Part shown: positions 57,672 to 64,000 of the stretch, piece by piece | Layout of the letters: each line of letters begins with the position of its first letter | How positions within the stretch are numbered: the first letter of the stretch is position 1 | Origin: Acidobacteriota bacterium | GTDB taxonomy: Bacteria; Acidobacteriota; Vicinamibacteria; Vicinamibacterales; UBA2999 | Assembly: GCA_052389315.1 (NCBI GenBank) | Contig: JBQTIE010000033.1 | Span: 27,778 to 91,777, forward strand | DNA: 64,000 nt | Reading direction: 5' to 3' | The notes under the pieces: generated by a model | What the model was told of the DNA's origin: nothing | Seen by the model: the letters and a program-made list of their open reading frames with translations, nothing else | Database searches by the model: none | Program-made: the position numbers and the translations under genes

Positions 57672-60479
57672 TCAATCGCCGACGCGGACGGCCATGGCCG
57701 CCTGCGCGGCTGCCAGCCGCGCGACCGGAATGCGGTACGGAGAAGCGCTCACGTAGTCGAGCTTCACCTTTTCGAAGAAGTGGACCGACGCCGCGTCGCC
57801 GCCGTGCTCGCCACAGATGCCCATTTTCAGATGCGGCTTGGTCCGACGGCCCCGCTCGACGCCGAGCTCGACCATGGCGCCGACGCCTTCGGTGTCGATG
57901 CTGGCAAACGGATCCTTCTCGAGGATCTTGCGGTCCTGGTACACACGCAGAAACTTCCCGACATCGTCCCGCGAGAAGCCGAAGGTCATCTGCGTGAGGT
58001 CGTTGGTCCCGAACGAGAAGAATTCCGCCTCCTCGGCGATGCGGTCGGCGGTGAGGGCGCCGCGGGGGACTTCAATCATCGTCCCGACCAGGTATTTGAC
58101 CTTGACGCCCTTCTCGCGCATGACGGCCTCGGCGACGCGTGTGACGACGGCTTTCTGGTCGCGGAGCTCCCGGACGTCGCCGACCAGAGGAATCATGATC
58201 TCTGGTACGACCTTGACGCCCTCGTTGGCGAGGTCGCAGGCGGCTTCCAGGATGGCGCGCGCCTGCATTTCAGTGATCTCGGGATAGGTGATGGCGAGGC
58301 GCACGCCGCGGTGGCCCAGCATGGGATTGAACTCATGGAGCTGCTCGGCTCGAGCCAGCAGAGTCTTGCGTGCCGCCACCCGCTTCGGATCCCCACCGGT
58401 GGCCTCGAGCTTGGCGATCTCCACCATGAGCTCTTCGCGCTTGGGGAGAAACTCGTGAAGCGGTGGATCAATGGTGCGGATGGTGACCGGTTCGCCCCGC
58501 ATGGCCTTGAAAACGCCGTAGAAGTCGCTGCGCTGCAGCGGCAGCAGCTCGTCGAGCGCCTTCCGGCGATCGGCCTCGTTGTCGGCCAGAATCATGCGCT
58601 GGACGATCGGCAGGCGGTCCTCGCCGAAGAACATGTGCTCGGTGCGGCAGAGCCCGATGCCCCGTGCCCCGAAGGCGTAGGCCAGCTCGGCCTGATCGGG
58701 AAGATCCGCGTTGGCGCGCACCCCCAGGCGTCTGAACTTGTCGGCCCAGGCCAGCAGTTGCGAAAAGCGTTGATAGATGGCGGAATGCTTGGCGTCAATC
58801 TGCCCGGAGACGGCCTGGAGAATCTCGCTGGGCTGCGACGCGACCTGGGCGATTTTGACTTCTCCGGTGAGCCCGTCGAAGGAGATGAACTCGCCCTCCT
58901 TGAGCACGCGGCCGCCCACGCGCAGCGTCCGACCCGGCTCGTCGATGACGAGTTCACCGGCGCCCACCACCGACGGCTTGCCCATCTGGCGGCCCACGAC
59001 GGCCGCATGCGAGGTCATCCCGCCGGTTGCCGTGAGCACGCCCTGCGACACCCACATGCCGTGGATGTCATCGGGCACCGTCTCCCGCCGCACCAGGATG
59101 GCCGGCTCGCCGCGGTCGGCCATCGCCACGGCGGCGTCCGCCGTGAACACCACCTTGCCGCTGGCGGCGCCGGGCGACGCGGGGAGGCCTTTGGTGGCCA
59201 CCGGGATTCGCGCCCACTCGTTGGCGTCGAAGCCGGGGGCCAGCAGCTGCGACAACGATTCTGGATCCACGAGGAGCACGGCCTCCCTGGTGGAGATCAG
59301 GCGCTCCTTGACCAGGTCGGTCGCAATGACCACCGCGGCATATCCGGTCCGCTTGCCGCTGCGCGTCTGCAGCATGTACAGCCGCTCGTCTTGAATGGTG
59401 AACTCGAAGTCCTGGACGTCACGGTAGTGCTTCTCGAGCCGGCTGGTAATGTCGCGCAGTTGCGCGTACGCCGTCGGCATCACCTTGGCCAGCTCGGCGA
59501 TCGGCTGCGGCGTGCGGATGCCCGCCACCACGTCCTCGCCCTGCGCGTTGATCAGGAACTCGCCGTAGAACTCCCGGGCGCCGGTTGCGGGGTTGCGGGT
59601 GAAGCCGACCCCGGTCGCCGAGCGCTTGCCCGTATTGCCGAAGACCATCATCTGAATGTTGACGGCCGTGCCGATCGAGTCTGGGATGTCGTAAATCCGC
59701 CGGTACTCGCGTGCACGCGGGTTGTTCCACGAGCGGAACACGGCGTTGCGGGCGCCCCGCAGCTGCTCCAGTGGGTCCTGCGGGAACTGGCGCTTCGTCT
59801 TCTCGTGCACGATGGTCTTGTAGCGCGCCACCACCTCCCGCAGTGCACGCTCGTCCAGATCGGTATCGGCTCGTGCCCCGCGTTCGTGCTTGACCGCCTC
59901 GAGCGCGTGCTCGAAGGCACTCTTGGGGATCTCGAGGACGACGCTGCCGTACATCTGCATGAAGCGGCGGTAGCTGTCGAAGGCGAAGCGTCCGTTGTCG
60001 GTGCGCCTCTTCAACCCTTCGACCGTCGCGTCGTTGAGGCCGAGATTGAGGATCGTGTCCATCATGCCCGGCATCGAGAACTTCGCTCCCGACCGGACGG
60101 ACACGAGCAGCGGATTGTCGGTCGACCCGAGGGTGGCGCCGGCCGCCTGTTCCAGCTTTCGCAGGTTGGCGATGATCTCGTTTTCGATGGCGGGCGTGAG
60201 CCTCTCTCCGCGTTCGTAGTACAGATTGCAGGCGTCGGTTGAAATCGTGAACCCCGGCGGCACGGGGAGCTTCGCGTTGGTCATCTCGGCAAGTCCGGAG
60301 CCTTTGCCGCCCAGCGTGTCTTTCATGGTGCGGTCGCCGTCCGCTTTGCCGTTACCAAAAAAGTAGACGTACTTGGCGGCGCGCGACTTGCGTCGTGCCC
60401 CTCGGCGCCTCGCGGCGGTTGCCCGGGAGGTTCTACCCGGTTTGGCGGCCGGTCGACGTGATGATGGCTTCTTCGCCAT
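57672..60479 (-). CDS. ppdK: pyruvate, phosphate dikinase with a 34-aa basic N-terminal tail
   Basis: KYVYFFGNGKADGD..LGGKGSGLAEM, phosphohistidine region TATGGMTSHAAVVGR, C-terminal PEP-utilising domain GICGEHGGD. Confidence 0.95.
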   Translation of the reverse strand: MAKKPSSRRPAAKPGRTSRATAARRRGARRKSRAAKYVYFFGNGKADGDRTMKDTLGGKGSGLAEMTNAKLPVPPGFTISTDACNLYYERGERLTPAIENEIIANLRKLEQAAGATLGSTDNPLLVSVRSGAKFSMPGMMDTILNLGLNDATVEGLKRRTDNGRFAFDSYRRFMQMYGSVVLEIPKSAFEHALEAVKHERGARADTDLDERALREVVARYKTIVHEKTKRQFPQDPLEQLRGARNAVFRSWNNPRAREYRRIYDIPDSIGTAVNIQMMVFGNTGKRSATGVGFTRNPATGAREFYGEFLINAQGEDVVAGIRTPQPIAELAKVMPTAYAQLRDITSRLEKHYRDVQDFEFTIQDERLYMLQTRSGKRTGYAAVVIATDLVKERLISTREAVLLVDPESLSQLLAPGFDANEWARIPVATKGLPASPGAASGKVVFTADAAVAMADRGEPAILVRRETVPDDIHGMWVSQGVLTATGGMTSHAAVVGRQMGKPSVVGAGELVIDEPGRTLRVGGRVLKEGEFISFDGLTGEVKIAQVASQPSEILQAVSGQIDAKHSAIYQRFSQLLAWADKFRRLGVRANADLPDQAELAYAFGARGIGLCRTEHMFFGEDRLPIVQRMILADNEADRRKALDELLPLQRSDFYGVFKAMRGEPVTIRTIDPPLHEFLPKREELMVEIAKLEATGGDPKRVAARKTLLARAEQLHEFNPMLGHRGVRLAITYPEITEMQARAILEAACDLANEGVKVVPEIMIPLVGDVRELRDQKAVVTRVAEAVMREKGVKVKYLVGTMIEVPRGALTADRIAEEAEFFSFGTNDLTQMTFGFSRDDVGKFLRVYQDRKILEKDPFASIDTEGVGAMVELGVERGRRTKPHLKMGICGEHGGDAASVHFFEKVKLDYVSASPYRIPVARLAAAQAAMAVRVGD

Positions 60480-60541
60480 TGTGCTGTCCCTGCTCCTGAA
60501 TGAAGGCGGCGGGCGACGCCGGGAGGCGCGCCCGATGGCCG

Positions 60542-62752
60542 CTACGTGGTTTCCGGTACGATTTCCGAGACATCGGCCAACTGCAGGATGAGTCCTTCGA
60601 GTCGCCTCATCAAACGAAGCCGCGCCTCGCGCAACACCTGATCTTCGGTCATGACGAGCACTTCGTCAAAAAAACGGGCGACGGGCGGGCCCAGCCGTGC
60701 GGCATGAGCAAACCCGTCGCGGTAGCCATGGCCGGCCGCGACGACGGCGGTGATGGCCGGCTCGCATCGGTCGAGTTCGGCCAGGAGGTGGCGCTCAGCC
60801 TCCTCGGTGAGGGCTTGCCGGTCGGCGCCACCGAACGCGGTCGCATCGGGGCCAAGGGGCCTGGCGATGTTTCGCACCCGCTTGAAGAGCAGGGCCAGCT
60901 GACGGAATTCAGCGGTCTCGACGAATTCCGGGAGCGCCTCCAGCTTCCGGCGCGCGGGTAGCGGGCAGATCGCCTGCGGCGCGCCCGACGTCACCGCCCG
61001 TACATTCCGCCCGTCGAAGCCGCGCTGCTCGAGGACGAACCGCAGCCGCTCGAGCAGGAACTCGAGCACCGGCGTCTCCCATCCCGTGTGACTCCCGGCC
61101 GACTGTCGCGACGCGTCCACGAGGCCGCCGAGCGACGGACGCACCTGGAGGCCGGTCAACTCCGGCAGATCGACGAGCGTGCGCATGATCCCCTGCGCCG
61201 CGCGACGCAAACCGTACGGATCGCGAGAGCCCGTGGGCCGCTCCCCCGCAGCAAAGAGGCCCACGACCGTGTCGAGCTTGTCAGCCATGGAGACGGCTGC
61301 CCAAGTCACGGCAGCCGGCCCGAGCGCTTCGCGAGACGGAGGGGCGTCGGACTCGACGGCGACGGGCAGATAGTGGAAATACACGGCCTTCCAGATCTCG
61401 TCGGGATGGCCGTCGGCGCGGGCGTAGAGCCCGCCCATGGTGCCTTGGAGGTCGGTCATCTCCCGGACCATGTCGGTGGCCAGATCCGCCTTCGAGAGTC
61501 GGCCGGCCAGGCTCGCGGCCGCGCGCGCCGCGGGAACCCCGAGCACGTCGGCCGCCAGCACGCCGGCGAGCTCACCCAGGCGTGCCGCTTTGTCCGCGTA
61601 GCTGCCGAGCGCCGCGTGGAAGAGCACGGTGTCGAGGCGGTCCACGAAAGCGGCCAGGGGCTGCCGGCGGTCGGCCTCGAAGAAGAAACGCGCATCGCGC
61701 AGGCGGGCGGCCAGCACGCGCTCGAGATTGCGCGAGATCAACTCGGGACGGTCGCCCTCCATGTTGAGCACGGCGAGAAACACAGGTAGCAGCTCACCAC
61801 GCTCGTTCACCACCGGAAAGAAGTGCTGGTGGTGAATCATGGTCGTGGTGAGCACCTCCTCGGGAAGTCCCAGGAACTCCTCGGCAAACGCGCCAGACAC
61901 GACCGTCGGGTACTCGACCAGATCAGGCACCTGCTGGAGCAGGGCCTGACCGCTCGAGTGACGAGACACTCGACCGCCGCGTCGCTGCGCCTCGACATCC
62001 AGCTCCCGCGCGATGCGCGCCTGTCGCTCGCTGCGTTCGAGCACGACGAAGTTCTCCGCCAGACGCCGGCGGTAGTCGTCGAACCCCTTCACTTTGATGG
62101 CTCGGCCCGCTCGCCCACTCGTGGTCAGGAACCGATGCCCGAAGGTGACGCCGCCGGAGCGAACTTCGTGGACGAGGGGGCCCTGTCCGAGTGGCGCGCG
62201 CGCGATGGAAAACGGCACGACACGCCCGCCGTACAGGAACAGGATCCACCGAATCGGTCGCCCAAAAAGGAGCTCGCCCCTGCCGTCCTCGAGCAACGCG
62301 TCCCACCGCATCGGCTTCGGAAAGGTCAGTTGCCTGAGCAGACCCGTGAGGACGTCGGGCAGCACGTCCACGGTCGCCTTTCCACGTGTGTGCTTGCGCG
62401 CCGCCAGATACACCCCCTTGGGTGTCTCCAGCCGCTCGAGCGCCTCCGGCTCGACGCCATGTTTCTTTGCAAAACCCTGCGCGGCGGTGGTGGGGCGCCC
62501 GTGAGCGTCGAAGGCGGCGGCGACCGGAGGCCCGGTCACGATCTCGTCGAGGTCGCTTTGCCGCTCGGCCAGGCGACCGACGCGCGCGGTGAGGCGCCTC
62601 GGCGTGCTGTAGCTTTCAATCGCCGCGGCCGGCGCGACGCGCAGCGCTCCCAGGCGTTCTGCCAGCACTGTGGCCATCTGCGTGGTCAGCGAGGGCAGCC
62701 AGCTGGCGGGCATCTCCTCGACGCCCAGCTCGATCAACAGTTCGCGTTCCAT
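60542..62752 (-). CDS. glyS: glycine--tRNA ligase beta subunit
   Basis: Start at ATG 62752 (MERELLIELGVEEMPASWL). Full-length GlyS pattern. Confidence 0.93.
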   Translation of the reverse strand: MERELLIELGVEEMPASWLPSLTTQMATVLAERLGALRVAPAAAIESYSTPRRLTARVGRLAERQSDLDEIVTGPPVAAAFDAHGRPTTAAQGFAKKHGVEPEALERLETPKGVYLAARKHTRGKATVDVLPDVLTGLLRQLTFPKPMRWDALLEDGRGELLFGRPIRWILFLYGGRVVPFSIARAPLGQGPLVHEVRSGGVTFGHRFLTTSGRAGRAIKVKGFDDYRRRLAENFVVLERSERQARIARELDVEAQRRGGRVSRHSSGQALLQQVPDLVEYPTVVSGAFAEEFLGLPEEVLTTTMIHHQHFFPVVNERGELLPVFLAVLNMEGDRPELISRNLERVLAARLRDARFFFEADRRQPLAAFVDRLDTVLFHAALGSYADKAARLGELAGVLAADVLGVPAARAAASLAGRLSKADLATDMVREMTDLQGTMGGLYARADGHPDEIWKAVYFHYLPVAVESDAPPSREALGPAAVTWAAVSMADKLDTVVGLFAAGERPTGSRDPYGLRRAAQGIMRTLVDLPELTGLQVRPSLGGLVDASRQSAGSHTGWETPVLEFLLERLRFVLEQRGFDGRNVRAVTSGAPQAICPLPARRKLEALPEFVETAEFRQLALLFKRVRNIARPLGPDATAFGGADRQALTEEAERHLLAELDRCEPAITAVVAAGHGYRDGFAHAARLGPPVARFFDEVLVMTEDQVLREARLRLMRRLEGLILQLADVSEIVPETT

Positions 62753-62759
62753 GGCTGGT

Positions 62760-63653
62760 TCAGGCGTCCTCGGGAGAAGGCTGCGACGCGGCTTCCTCTT
62801 CGGCAGCGTACTGCTTGCAAATCGCCACGGCCAGCTGTCGCACGCGGAGCACGTAGGAGGTGCGCTCGGTGACGCCAATGCTGCCGCTCGAATCCAGCAG
62901 GTTGAACAGATGCGAACACTTCAGACAGGCTTCGAGGGCCGGCAGGAGGAGACCGCCGGCCAACAGGCGCCGACCGAAGTCGTAGTGCCGATCGAAAGAC
63001 TCGCGGTGAAACGAGGAGAATGCCGCGAGCTCAATGCCGGTGTCCCGGTTGAAGGCGTAGCGCGACTGCTCGATCTCCTCGCGCAGACGAACGTCCGCGT
63101 AGCTGACGTCCGGCGCCCATTCCAGCGCAAACACGTTGTCCACCTTCTGCAGGAACATGGCGATTCGCTCGAGGCCATAGGTGATCTCAGCGGTGATGGG
63201 CGCCAGATCGACGCCCCCCATCTGCTGGAAGTAGGTGAACTGCGTGATCTCCTGGCCGTCGAGCATGACCTGCCAGCCGATGCCCCAGGCGCCCAGGGTC
63301 GGCGACTCCCAGTTGTCCTCTTCAAAGCGGATGTCGTGCTGTCGCGGGTTGATGCCGCAGGCTTCGAGGCTGTCGAGATAGGTTTGCTGCACCTCGTCTG
63401 GCGCGGGCTTGAGAATCACCTGCAGCTGCAGATGCTTGAAGAGTCGATTCGGGTTCTGGCCGAACCGCCCGTCGTCTGGACGGCGGGATGGCTGGACATA
63501 GGCGACGTTCCACGGGCGGGGACCGAGCACGCGGAACACCGTCTCGGGATGCGAGGTCCCGGCACCGACCTCGAGATCCAGCGGCTGCTGGATCAGACAT
63601 CCGCGCGAGGCCCAGAACGCCGACAGCTTCAGGATGAGATCTTGAAGAGTCAC
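62760..63653 (-). CDS. glyQ: glycine--tRNA ligase alpha subunit
   Basis: [77 protein letters not shown]. Confidence 0.96.
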   Translation of the reverse strand: MTLQDLILKLSAFWASRGCLIQQPLDLEVGAGTSHPETVFRVLGPRPWNVAYVQPSRRPDDGRFGQNPNRLFKHLQLQVILKPAPDEVQQTYLDSLEACGINPRQHDIRFEEDNWESPTLGAWGIGWQVMLDGQEITQFTYFQQMGGVDLAPITAEITYGLERIAMFLQKVDNVFALEWAPDVSYADVRLREEIEQSRYAFNRDTGIELAAFSSFHRESFDRHYDFGRRLLAGGLLLPALEACLKCSHLFNLLDSSGSIGVTERTSYVLRVRQLAVAICKQYAAEEEAASQPSPEDA

Positions 63654-64000
63654 AGTCGTGGAAAACGACGGAGATCGTTCATGACACGAACCGATTTCAG
63701 CTCCTTCTCGAGGTGTTCGCGGATCACCGCTTGGTGCTTGCGCTCGAGTTCGGCAAGCACCTCATCGTGTACTCCGAGCGCCGCCAGGTGCGTCGGGCCG
63801 ACCTCACGGGTCCGCTCCACGAAGGCGCGAGCGGCCGGCGACAGCGCCAAATCGGTCGGGTACACCCCCTGGAGGCGCAACAGCCAGCACTCGAAGTAGC
63901 GCGCCAGCGGCTCGACCGGCGCGCCGTGCGCCAACGCGTCGAGGGCGGCGCAGCCCAACCGGAAGAGCCGCTCGTCGGGGTCCGAGTCTGCCGCCCACGC
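63650..64000 (-). CDS. recO: DNA repair protein RecO, C-terminal part (5' end outside the window)
   Basis: Frame is open to nt 64000. The RecO-like C-terminal region ends with an ATGA overlap onto glyQ. Confidence 0.8.
   Translation of the reverse strand, partial: AWAADSDPDERLFRLGCAALDALAHGAPVEPLARYFECWLLRLQGVYPTDLALSPAARAFVERTREVGPTHLAALGVHDEVLAELERKHQAVIREHLEKELKSVRVMNDLRRFPRL

Noticed and set aside
56673-60242. 1189-aa plus-strand ORF, the longest in the window
   Set aside because: It runs antisense across mutL, the mutL-ppdK spacer and most of ppdK. Both of those genes have unmistakable full-length family motifs on the minus strand. The plus-strand translation is low-complexity (R/G/A/H/D-rich) with no recognisable motif. 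It is a typical stop-free shadow frame of a high-GC genome.

Overview
High-GC bacterial chromosome segment (a typical coding line is about 68% G+C by hand count), densely packed with about 55 protein genes and 2 tRNA genes. There is no rRNA, CRISPR array, transposase or integrase, and no recognisable defence system. The lineage is probably Acidobacteriota. This is an inference from three features: a TIGR03436-type secreted VWA protein, a CarboxypepD_reg-type TonB-dependent receptor, and a Ser/Thr kinase fused to a TolB-like propeller. Most of the content is housekeeping: rpe, bamD, pgsA, thrA, hpt, upp, glgX, the mlaFED cluster, uvrB, greA, rarA, mutL, ppdK, glyQS and recO. These sit among transporters, peptidases and envelope/lipid genes. 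Many long ORFs in the six-frame track are stop-free antisense shadows of these genes. Many track starts are upstream over-extensions, and I re-assigned them. I do not see a convincing, complete novel multi-gene system. The observations most worth a second look are: (1) a deoC-rpiB operon whose products carry about 62-aa N-terminal extensions, the DeoC one opening with a microcompartment encapsulation-peptide-like helix, with no shell genes in the window; (2) a Thr-rich 7-codon upstream ORF plus alternative hairpins in the thrA leader; (3) a duplicated tRNA-Val 3' half bracketing a 0.8-kb low-GC insert; (4) a decayed kinase paralogue containing an internal inversion, and a broken orphan PIN toxin gene; (5) a recurrent TAnnnT hexamer 6-12 nt upstream of the start codons of operon-first genes, suggesting widespread leaderless transcription. 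Smaller oddities are also listed: a patatin-like protein lacking the nucleophile Ser, a basic N-terminal tail on PPDK, and a structured leader upstream of a transsulfuration gene.
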